Virus record (IMG/VR): IMGVR_UViG_3300037603_000132
Location: 708 to 64,707 of that record
Direction: 5' to 3' (one strand)
DNA length: 64,000 nt
From: a virus
Taxonomy: Duplodnaviria; Caudoviricetes
Shown here: one piece after another, positions 56,456 to 64,000 of the stretch
Layout: each line of letters starts with the position of its first letter
Numbering within the stretch: the first letter of the stretch is position 1
Notes under the pieces: generated by a model
What the model saw: the letters and a program-made list of their open reading frames with translations, nothing else
Told to the model about the DNA's origin: nothing
Database searches by the model: none
Program-made: the position numbers and the translations under genes

Positions 56456-57031
56456 ATGACCAAGGACCCCCGCCGCGTTTACCTCAAGAATGTGCGGCTT
56501 TCTTACCCCCACCTCCACGAGCGCCAGAAGGCGAACGAGGATGCGGAGCCGAAGTTCTCGGCCTCCTTCCTGATCGACCCCTCCACGAAGTCGGGCAAGG
56601 AGAACATCAAGAAGATCGAGGCGGCAATCGAGGCGGCCAAAGAGGCTGCCGGATTCTCCGACAAGATCAAGTTCAAGGATGGCCGCATGTGCTTCTTCGA
56701 CGGTGAAGAGAACACCGACGACGAGGGCAACGTGAAGGACGGCTACGAGGGCATGATGGTCATCAAGGCGTCCAACAAGGACCCGGTGCGGCTGCTGACC
56801 CGGAAGAAGAAGGAGGTGGATCGAGACAACTCCCCCTTCTACGGCGGCTGCTACGTCGAGTGCATGTTGGGCCTCTTCGGGACCAAGAAGGGCGGTTCGC
56901 CTGGTATCTTCGCGAGCCTGGACGGCGTTCGCTTCTGGGAGGACGGCGAGTCCTTCGGCAAAGCCCAGATTGGCGACGACGAGTGGGACGACGACGAGGA
57001 TGACGAGGACGACGACGACCTTTTGGGCTGA
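56456..57031 (+). CDS. DUF2815 single-stranded DNA-binding protein
   Basis: NVRLSYPHL, KFSASFLI, FYGGCY, acidic tail. Confidence 0.88.
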   Translation: MTKDPRRVYLKNVRLSYPHLHERQKANEDAEPKFSASFLIDPSTKSGKENIKKIEAAIEAAKEAAGFSDKIKFKDGRMCFFDGEENTDDEGNVKDGYEGMMVIKASNKDPVRLLTRKKKEVDRDNSPFYGGCYVECMLGLFGTKKGGSPGIFASLDGVRFWEDGESFGKAQIGDDEWDDDEDDEDDDDLLG

Positions 57032-57038
57032 CTCGACC

Positions 57039-57055
57039 TTCACCCAAAAGGTGAA
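57039..57055. promoter_or_regulatory. Operator upstream of the MTase/polymerase genes
   Basis: ttcacc-caaaa-ggtgaa. Confidence 0.7.
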
Positions 57056-57111
57056 AACTACCGGCTCCCGCGCAGGCGGGGGCCGGACCCCTCAGTCCCC
57101 CGGAGATTGTC

Positions 57112-57915
57112 GTGAGCCTGTCGCCTTCCAGCATCAAAATCCTTGTCGGCTACGAGTGCAGCGGAGCCGTTCGCCGGGCGTTGCGCGCGCACGGGTTCGA
57201 CGCTTGGTCGTGCGACATTCAAGCGGCCCGGGACGGATCGCCCTATCACCTGACGGGGGACATCTGGGATTTTGTCGGCCCCGAGCATGGCTGGCACTTT
57301 GCGATCTTCCACCCGCCTTGCACCTACCTGACCAATAGCGCCTCGTGGGCCTTCCACGACCCGGACTACGAGAAATACCCGGGCGTCGGCTACCACCAGC
57401 GCGTCAAGCCCGAGACCCTGACCGGGGCCGCCCGCCGCGCCGCGCGTGACGCTGCGCTGGCCGATGTCGAGCGCCTGATCGCGCTCCCGTACCCCAAGGT
57501 GATCGAGAACCCCCGGGGCTTCATCGGGACCATGCTGACCCCGGCGACCCAGACGATCCAGCCCCACGAGTACGGCAGCGATGCGAGCAAGGCGACGTGC
57601 CTCTGGTGCCGCCCCGGAGAGGACGGGCGGACGCCGCCCAAGCTGGTCCCGACCTACCACGTCAAGCCCCGGATCGTCGGCGGCAAGAAGCGTTGGGGCA
57701 ACCAAACTGATTCCGGCCAGAACCGTCTGTCGCCGGGCGAGTCCCGGGCCGACGACCGGAGCGAGACCTATCCCGGCGTGGCCTCGGCGTTGGCCGCCCA
57801 ATACGGCGGCTGGCTTCTCGGCAAGACCCTACCCGACCTGCACCTGGCGATGCTCCGCGACATCGACCTCCTGCTGGCCGACCCCGAACCGAGCATTGAG
57901 GAACTTTTGGCATGA
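57112..57915 (+). CDS. Putative DNA cytosine methyltransferase-like protein
   Basis: ILVGYECSGAVR...AWSCDI (motif I-like) and FHPPCTYL (PC motif IV). Confidence 0.7.
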   Translation: MSLSPSSIKILVGYECSGAVRRALRAHGFDAWSCDIQAARDGSPYHLTGDIWDFVGPEHGWHFAIFHPPCTYLTNSASWAFHDPDYEKYPGVGYHQRVKPETLTGAARRAARDAALADVERLIALPYPKVIENPRGFIGTMLTPATQTIQPHEYGSDASKATCLWCRPGEDGRTPPKLVPTYHVKPRIVGGKKRWGNQTDSGQNRLSPGESRADDRSETYPGVASALAAQYGGWLLGKTLPDLHLAMLRDIDLLLADPEPSIEELLA

Positions 57916-60272
57916 GCGCACCCTTCGGCAGCAACCACTTCCAGCCCGACGGACCCGCGATCAGCCCCACCCTCGCGGGCTACCTCGGAAAGATCGCGCT
58001 CGCTGGACGGCAGGTCCCGCACCGCAAGATTCTGAGCCTCGACTACGAGACCTTCTCCGAAGCCGAACTGCCTAAGACCGGCGCGAGCGTCTATGCCCGC
58101 CACCCCACCACCGAAGTCCTGATGCTGGCCTACGGCTTCCAGGGCGAGCCGGTGAAACAGTACGTCCCGCCGCCCCATGCGCGGCGCGGCAGGGCGTTCT
58201 GGGACCACGCCCCCGCCGATCTCCGGCTCGCCGTGCGGGACCCGAGCGTCACGCTGTCGGCCTGGAACTCCCCGTTCGAGTGGAACGTGACCACCCACAC
58301 CACCGACCTCCACATCCCGCTGGAGCGGTGGATGGACGTGATGGCGCTGGCCTTCTCGCTGTCGCTGCCCGGGAAGCTGTCGAAGTGCGGCGAGGTCATC
58401 GGCCTGCCCGAGGACAAGAAGAAGATGACCCGGGGGACCAGCCTGGTCCGCAAGTTCTGTATGCCCCGGAAGCCCACCAAGAATAAGCCGCATACCCGCT
58501 GCACGGCGGAGACGGACCCCGAGGACTGGCAGGAGTTCCTGGACTACAACGTCCGAGACGTGGAGTCCGAGCAGGCGATCTACCGCCGTCTCCGCAAGTT
58601 CCAGATGCCGGATCACGAGTGGAAGCTGTGGCACCTGGACCAGAAGATCAACAACGCCGGGATTCCGATCAACCTCAAGGCCGTGCGCGCGGCGGTGCGC
58701 CTGTCGCAGGCGACGATCACCAAGGACCTCGCCAAGCTGAAAGAGTTGACGGGCCTCGCGAACCCGAACTCCAACGTGCAAATCCTGCCTTGGCTCCGCG
58801 ACCACGGCTACAATTTCGAGGACCTGAAAAAGGGCCACATTGAGCGGGCGGCCAAGGCTGCCGACGAGCGCCTGGAGCAGGCGGAGGCCGCCTGTGCCGC
58901 CATGGGGGAGCCGCTGGCCTCCTACTTCCGGGCCACCCTGATCGCGCCCGACAAGCTGCTCCGGGACGTGCTGTATCTGCGCCTGCGGGTCTCCAAGGCC
59001 AGCGTGAAGAAGTACCCCGCGCTGCTCATGGCGACCGATCTGGACGGGATGCTCCGGGGCTGCCACCAGTTCGCCGGGGCAGGGCGGACGTGGCGCTGGT
59101 CGGGCCGCCGGTTCCAGCCGCAAAACCTCCCCAAGCCGTCGAAGGGGATGGAGAAGTTCGTCCTGGCGATGGCCCCGACGCACGGGGAGGACGGCGAGAA
59201 GCTGGACGAGACCGAGCGCGCCAAGATCGGGTTCGGAATCCTCTGCGACGACATCGAGAACCTGACGATCCCCGAGTTCTGGGCGAAGTACGAGCATCCC
59301 GACGATCCGGGCGTCAACACGATGGAGGCGCTGACCGCCGCCGTGCGCCCGATGGTGCAGGCGGGCCACGGCAAGCTGCTGGTGGACGCCGACCTGTCGG
59401 CAATCGAGAACGTGGTCCTTGGCTGGCTGGCGAAGGACGACAAGATTCTCCGCGTTTTCCGCGAGGGCCTGGACCCGTACATCGACTTCGCGACCGATAT
59501 GTTCGGCCTGCCCTACGACGAGATCGCGCGCCGCGTGGCCGCCGGGGACAAGACCATGCGGACCACCGCGAAGCCGGGCGTTCTGGGCTGCGGCTACATG
59601 CTGGGCGCGGGCGACGAGCGGGAGAACCGCACGACCGGCGAGATCGAGGCAACCGGCCTGCTGGGCTACGCCTGGGCGATGCACGTCCCCTTGACCAAGG
59701 AGATGTCGAAGCTGTCGGTTGACACCTTCCGGGCAAAGTTCGCGGACGTTGTGCAGTTCTGGGACGACATGGACAAGGCTGTCCGCCGCGTGATCGAGAC
59801 CGGACGGCCCGAGCGCGTCGGCTACCTGACCATCGACCTCAAGAAGCCCTTCCTGCGGATCGGCCTGCCGAGCGGGCGGTTCCTCCACTACATGCGGCCC
59901 CGGATCGAGTCCCGGAAGATGCCCTGGAAGGACCGCAACGGGAAGCCGGTCTATCGGCCCTCGATCACCTACGAAAACATGGAGAACGGCCAGTGGCGGC
60001 GCGTCACGACGCACCCCGGCAAGCTGACCGAGAACGTGACCCAGGCCGTTGCGCGCGATCTGCTCGCCCACGGCATGACGCTGGCCGACGCGCAGGGGAT
60101 CGACCTGCGGCTCCACGTCCACGACCAACTTGTCGGCCTGTCCGAGTCTTGGGCCGCCGTTGAACTGCTCAAGATTCTGATCGGCTGCATGACCACGCGG
60201 CCCGCCTGGGCCGACGACAAGCTGCCGCTCAAGGCCGCTGGCCTCCACTCCCCCATCTTCCTCAAGGACTAA
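57912..60272 (+). CDS. DNA polymerase, family A (phage type)
   Basis: LDYET exonuclease motif, DADLSAIE motif A, AKPGVLGCGY motif B, ENVTQAVARD, VHDQ motif C. Confidence 0.93.
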   Translation: MSAPFGSNHFQPDGPAISPTLAGYLGKIALAGRQVPHRKILSLDYETFSEAELPKTGASVYARHPTTEVLMLAYGFQGEPVKQYVPPPHARRGRAFWDHAPADLRLAVRDPSVTLSAWNSPFEWNVTTHTTDLHIPLERWMDVMALAFSLSLPGKLSKCGEVIGLPEDKKKMTRGTSLVRKFCMPRKPTKNKPHTRCTAETDPEDWQEFLDYNVRDVESEQAIYRRLRKFQMPDHEWKLWHLDQKINNAGIPINLKAVRAAVRLSQATITKDLAKLKELTGLANPNSNVQILPWLRDHGYNFEDLKKGHIERAAKAADERLEQAEAACAAMGEPLASYFRATLIAPDKLLRDVLYLRLRVSKASVKKYPALLMATDLDGMLRGCHQFAGAGRTWRWSGRRFQPQNLPKPSKGMEKFVLAMAPTHGEDGEKLDETERAKIGFGILCDDIENLTIPEFWAKYEHPDDPGVNTMEALTAAVRPMVQAGHGKLLVDADLSAIENVVLGWLAKDDKILRVFREGLDPYIDFATDMFGLPYDEIARRVAAGDKTMRTTAKPGVLGCGYMLGAGDERENRTTGEIEATGLLGYAWAMHVPLTKEMSKLSVDTFRAKFADVVQFWDDMDKAVRRVIETGRPERVGYLTIDLKKPFLRIGLPSGRFLHYMRPRIESRKMPWKDRNGKPVYRPSITYENMENGQWRRVTTHPGKLTENVTQAVARDLLAHGMTLADAQGIDLRLHVHDQLVGLSESWAAVELLKILIGCMTTRPAWADDKLPLKAAGLHSPIFLKD

Positions 60273-60282
60273 GGAGAAAACC

Positions 60283-60486
60283 ATGCACGTCCGACATAAG
60301 AAAACCGGCAACATCTACGCCGTATTTGCGCTCCAGGTCCGGGAGTCCGACCTCGCGCCGCTGGTCGCCTATCAGAGCGTTCAGGGCGGCCCGATCTGGA
60401 CCCGCCCGGCGAAAGAGTTCTTCGACGGTCGGTTCGAGGTCTACATCGCGGCCCAGGGCGAGATGGCCGGGGAGCCGGTCCATTGA
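60283..60486 (+). CDS. DUF1653-like protein
   Basis: HKKTGNIY...LVAY...WTRP..EF.DGRF. Confidence 0.7.
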   Translation: MHVRHKKTGNIYAVFALQVRESDLAPLVAYQSVQGGPIWTRPAKEFFDGRFEVYIAAQGEMAGEPVH

Positions 60487-60767
60487 CCCGGCCCCCCGAA
60501 GATCAGCCCGCCCTCTGGCTCCTCCAGCGCCCGAAGGTGAAGAGCGACAAGCCCGCGATCTGGTCGCAAGCCCTGATCGACAACCACGTCGCAATCGCCC
60601 GCAGCGCCGAGCGTCCGAGCAGCACCGTAGACGGCCCGACGTTCACCCAGCTACTCGCGGCCCTCGACGCCCTGACCCCGCAGCAGGTCAGCGCCGACCC
60701 CGATCTCGTGCGCGTCTACCACGCCTACCGGGCGCTCCGGGACCGCCAGATTTTCGGGGATCGCTGA
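60483..60767 (+). CDS. Hypothetical protein
   Basis: Coupled ORF. Confidence 0.5.
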   Translation: MTRPPEDQPALWLLQRPKVKSDKPAIWSQALIDNHVAIARSAERPSSTVDGPTFTQLLAALDALTPQQVSADPDLVRVYHAYRALRDRQIFGDR

Positions 60768-61081
60768 TGCCCTGCGACATGCACCGCCGCGAGGCGTACA
60801 TCGAGAAGGAAGTCTGCAAGTACGCCAAGACCCTCGGCTGGCGGCCCCGCAAGGTCCAGTACGTCGGCAGGCGCGGCGCGCCGGATCGCTGGTTCACGGC
60901 CTCTGGCGGCAGGCTGGTCATCATCGAGTTCAAGGACCCGAACGGCAAGCTGTCGGTCGCCCAGAAGCGCGAGATCGCATACCTGCGCGCGAACGACTTC
61001 TCGGTCTACGTCGTGGACTCCATCGAAGAGGGCCGGGCGATTTTCGATGAATGGCCGGAGCGCGAGAGTGCTGACTCCTGA
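60767..61081 (+). CDS. VRR-NUC nuclease
   Basis: GAPDR...IEFKDPNGKLSVAQ. Confidence 0.88.
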   Translation: MPCDMHRREAYIEKEVCKYAKTLGWRPRKVQYVGRRGAPDRWFTASGGRLVIIEFKDPNGKLSVAQKREIAYLRANDFSVYVVDSIEEGRAIFDEWPERESADS

Positions 61082-62691
61082 TGGACCTCGTTGGCCTGTA
61101 CCGCGCGGCTTTCCTCCCGACACCCGAGACCAAGGACTCGGGGGCGGCGGACCTCGCGCTGGAGATGTTTTACCGCGCCTTCGTGGCGTCGATCTCCGCG
61201 CCTGTGGCGGCCCCGGAGGCCGCGCAGCCGGTCGCCGTGCGGATACGGCCCGGCGGCCTCACCCTGGACGATCTGCGGGACTACCAGCGCCCGTTGGCCG
61301 AACGGCTCTTCGCTGACTTCGGCGTCAAGCCCGGCGCGCTGCTGTCGGTCGAGATGGGGATGGGCAAGACCGTCACCACGGCCACGGCGGTGCGCTGGCT
61401 GCTCGACTGCTGCATGGTGCGCCGCGTCCTGATCGTCGCGCCGCTGCGGGTCGCCCAAAAGACCTGGCCCGACGAGTTCGAGGAGTGGTCGCACCTCCGG
61501 GTGCTGCACTGGAAATCGCTGGTCGGCTCGATTGGGCAAAAGCTGTCGCCCGCCAAGCGGAAGGCCCTGCTGCTGGAGTTCTTGAACGACCCCCGGTCGG
61601 AGATCGCGATCATCAACCGCGAGAACGTGGTCTGGCTCTACAAGACCCTCCAGGAACTCCGGGTCCCGTGGCCCTTCGACATGCTGGTCTATGACGAGTC
61701 CTCGCGCCTGAAAGAGGGGAAGAAGCGGACGGGCAACAAGAACCTGTCCGAGTTCGGCGTCTACGCCAAGGTCCGCAAACACATGGACTATGTGATCGAG
61801 TTGACCGGGACGCCCACGCCGAAGGGCCTTATCGACCTCTGGGGGCAGATCGTCGTGATCGACCAGGGCGACCGCCTCGGCACGTCCAAGACGGCCTTCT
61901 TGAGCCGCTGGTTCGAGGCCGACTACATGGGGTGGAACTACACGCCCTATCCCCACTCCGAGGAGGAGATCATGGGGCGGATCAAGGACATCATGGTCTC
62001 GATGAAGGCGCGCGACTACATCAAGCTGCCGCCGGTCATCCCGAACCCGATCTACGTGGACCTGACCCCCAAGGAGATGCGCGACTACAAGCGGTTCCAG
62101 AAGGAACTGGCGCTGGAGGAGCATGACATCGAGGCGGTCAACAAGGGCGTCCTCACCGGCAAGCTGCTCCAGTACGCGAACGGCTCCGTCTACCGCACCG
62201 ACGAGGACGTAGAGCCGCCGGTTCGTGAGATCGTCCACATCCACGATCACAAGCTGGCCGCCCTCGATTCCATCGTTGCCGAGACCAACGGCGCGAACCT
62301 GCTGGTGGCCTACAGCTTCCAGTTCGATCTGGAGCGGATCAAGAAGAAGTACCCCAAGGCCCGCGAGGCGACGGAGCCGGGCGCACTGGACGCTTGGAAC
62401 CGGGGCGAGGTGCAGATGCTCCTGGCGCACCCGGCCAGCATCGGCCACGGCATGAACCTCCAGTTCGGCGGCCACCACCTCGTTTGGTACGGCCTCAACC
62501 CGAGCCTCGAACTCTTCCAGCAGTTTAACGCGCGTCTGCCGCGCCCCGGCCAGAAGTCGGACTATGTGATGTGCCACATGATCTTGACGCGAGGTACATT
62601 TGACGAGCGGTTGGTGGATGTCCTAGAGGACCGCGACGCCACGCAGGACCGAATCACTGATGCCGTAAAATACCACCTCAAAGCGGCGTAG
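61081..62691 (+). CDS. SNF2-like helicase
   Basis: MGMGKT, YDES, LTGTP, HPASIGHGMNLQ, RLPRPGQ. Confidence 0.92.
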   Translation: MDLVGLYRAAFLPTPETKDSGAADLALEMFYRAFVASISAPVAAPEAAQPVAVRIRPGGLTLDDLRDYQRPLAERLFADFGVKPGALLSVEMGMGKTVTTATAVRWLLDCCMVRRVLIVAPLRVAQKTWPDEFEEWSHLRVLHWKSLVGSIGQKLSPAKRKALLLEFLNDPRSEIAIINRENVVWLYKTLQELRVPWPFDMLVYDESSRLKEGKKRTGNKNLSEFGVYAKVRKHMDYVIELTGTPTPKGLIDLWGQIVVIDQGDRLGTSKTAFLSRWFEADYMGWNYTPYPHSEEEIMGRIKDIMVSMKARDYIKLPPVIPNPIYVDLTPKEMRDYKRFQKELALEEHDIEAVNKGVLTGKLLQYANGSVYRTDEDVEPPVREIVHIHDHKLAALDSIVAETNGANLLVAYSFQFDLERIKKKYPKAREATEPGALDAWNRGEVQMLLAHPASIGHGMNLQFGGHHLVWYGLNPSLELFQQFNARLPRPGQKSDYVMCHMILTRGTFDERLVDVLEDRDATQDRITDAVKYHLKAA

Positions 62692-62871
62692 TTTCCGCTT
62701 CGGATGAAGTTTCCCCCAAAAAGTCAAGATTGATCTCAGCGAGTTTTTGTTGATTTTCAGCCACTACCGCGCAACGGTTGGTAAGTAATCGTGACAGGGG
62801 GGCCAAATCTGGTGGTACACAGATCACCCATTTCATATTCAAAATATTACCATCTTGATAAAAGTGGAATA

Positions 62872-62888
62872 TTCACCAATATGTTGAA
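62872..62888. promoter_or_regulatory. Operator upstream of the repressor
   Basis: ttcacc-aatat-gttgaa. Confidence 0.6.
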
Positions 62889-62939
62889 TAAGACAGAAAT
62901 GAGGCCCAATTGACGGGCCGTGTTGGGAGCAAGAGACAA

Positions 62940-63626
62940 ATGGCAGAGACAACAGAAGAGTTTGCGCACCGCTTCACGCGCGCAGTAGAGGGCCACCCCC
63001 TCGCACCGCCCACCCCGCACGGTCGGCAGTCCTGGGTGAAGGAGAAGCTGGAGAAAGAGGCCGGAGTGAAGGTCTCGCACAACACAATGTCTAAGTGGTT
63101 CCACGGCCACGCAAGACCGCGCCAGGACAGCATCCGGGCGCTGGCGAAAGTCCTGTCGGTCGATGAAGTGTGGCTGGCGATGGGCCAGAAGCCGAACAAG
63201 CACACGCCCACGATGCCGGACGCCTCCACGGCGCGCGGCGCGGCTCTGGCCTTCGCCGGTCTGGTCGAGATGGCGGGCGGCAAGGTGGCCTTCTCCGCGA
63301 AGCCGCCAGTGGACATGCACATCAACATCGGCTCCCAGCAGTTCGGCGCAATCGTCGTCTCGCCGTCGATGAAGGACAAGCAGGTCAGCATGGTCATCCC
63401 CGAGCCGGTCGAGGATGCCCGGGTGTTCGCCCTGGTGCGCGACAAGAGCGGCGGCATGTCGGCCTGCATCACGGTCTACGATGTCACCGACATCGAGCGC
63501 GAATCGCTCGGCGGGTTCTCAGTCCTGCGGCTGGAGAAGCGCCCGAACGGCAAGCTGAAAATCCCCGGCGTCACGGCTCTGCTGGCCCCGCTGGAGAGCA
63601 TCGAGAAGATCGCAGACCCCGCATAG
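62940..63626 (+). CDS. Putative immunity repressor (XRE HTH N-terminus)
   Basis: VSHNTMSKWFHGHARPRQDSIRALAKVLSVDEVWL; adjacent to att; operators on both sides. Confidence 0.75.
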   Translation: MAETTEEFAHRFTRAVEGHPLAPPTPHGRQSWVKEKLEKEAGVKVSHNTMSKWFHGHARPRQDSIRALAKVLSVDEVWLAMGQKPNKHTPTMPDASTARGAALAFAGLVEMAGGKVAFSAKPPVDMHINIGSQQFGAIVVSPSMKDKQVSMVIPEPVEDARVFALVRDKSGGMSACITVYDVTDIERESLGGFSVLRLEKRPNGKLKIPGVTALLAPLESIEKIADPA

Positions 63627-63752
63627 GGGGTCTGTGGCGATACTCCACCCTAAAGGTTAATCGTGAGCCGAAAGGTGAATATGGAGTATAACTGGAGTAT
63701 AGCCCGATAGTTTGTTGCTAAGTACCCGATTTATAGTGGAAATTTCTGATGT

Positions 63753-63772
63753 GACTCCGCCCCCGGGCACCA
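63753..63772 (+). other. attR: duplicated tRNA 3' end (probably tRNA-Phe)
   Basis: GACTCCGCCCCCGGGCACCA is a T-arm plus acceptor stem ending CCA; host gene follows; consistent with a P4-like integrase. Confidence 0.75.
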
Positions 63773-63847
63773 TTTCTTCAGTAGAGACAGAACTCAGAAA
63801 CTCCGCCATATATGGGCGCGATAAGCGCCCGCCATGCCCATAACCCC

Positions 63848-64000
63848 CTATCCGTTTAACGCCCAGTCCACCGCATCCTCCAGCCGGTCGTCGCCCCAGA
63901 AGAGCTCGCCCTCCACGTCGAAGGTGGGGGAGCCGAAGATGCCCTTCTTGCGGGCCTCTTCGGTCTCGGCGCGGAGCCTGCGTTTCACCTCTTCGGTTTC
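63848..64000 (-). CDS. Host DsbA-family / 2-hydroxychromene-2-carboxylate isomerase (3' end)
   Basis: Hand translation EEARKKGIFGSPTFDVEGELFWGDDRLEDAVDWALNG*. Confidence 0.85.
   Translation of the reverse strand, partial: ETEEVKRRLRAETEEARKKGIFGSPTFDVEGELFWGDDRLEDAVDWALNG

Larger units (their letters stand above)
1..63772. mobile_element. Prophage, chi-like (Casjensviridae-type) temperate siphovirus; left boundary (attL) lies upstream of the window
   Basis: Complete head, tail, lysis and replication modules; integrase at the left, repressor and tRNA-3'-end att at the right; chi-type cos 12-mer at 49302; no obvious frameshifts in the core genes. Confidence 0.92.

Noticed and set aside
49905-62577. 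Long ORFs opposite the replication genes (49905-51899, 57768-60314, 61006-62577)
   Set aside because: Antisense shadows of primase, polymerase and helicase.
63613-63634. Hairpin at the end of the repressor gene as a terminator
   Set aside because: The stem is present but has no U tract on either strand.
63753-63772. A complete tRNA gene
   Set aside because: Only the 3' ~20 nt are present; interpreted as attR.

Overview
Almost the whole window (1 to ~63772) is one apparently intact prophage of the chi-like / BcepNazgul-like type (Casjensviridae-style gene set), most likely in a GC-rich alphaproteobacterium. The order is: P4-like tyrosine integrase (5' end outside the window) and AlpA; lambda-like packaging and head genes; siphovirus tail genes; lysis cassette; a leftward accessory arm (27.1-34.1 kb); a rightward arm of small early genes driven by repeated promoters (34.3-48.6 kb); repeat arrays and a chi-type cos sequence (49302-49313); primase/VapE, DUF2800 nuclease, DUF2815 SSB, DNA polymerase A, VRR-NUC and SNF2 helicase; an XRE repressor; attR (tRNA 3' end duplication); then a host DsbA/HCCA-isomerase gene fragment. 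The most unusual signals are: (1) an acidic 'DDLLG(PAP)' peptide motif at the termini of 12 unrelated phage proteins; (2) a 4-5x enrichment of GANTC (the CcrM site) in the early genes nearest cos; (3) an FtsK-gamma domain fused to the small terminase, together with strand-biased repeat arrays approaching cos; (4) two separate operator networks, TCACC-N5-GGTGA genome-wide and GGGGCAWWTGCCCY in the early promoters. Family assignments come from motif recognition by eye and all counts are hand counts. No database searches were run.
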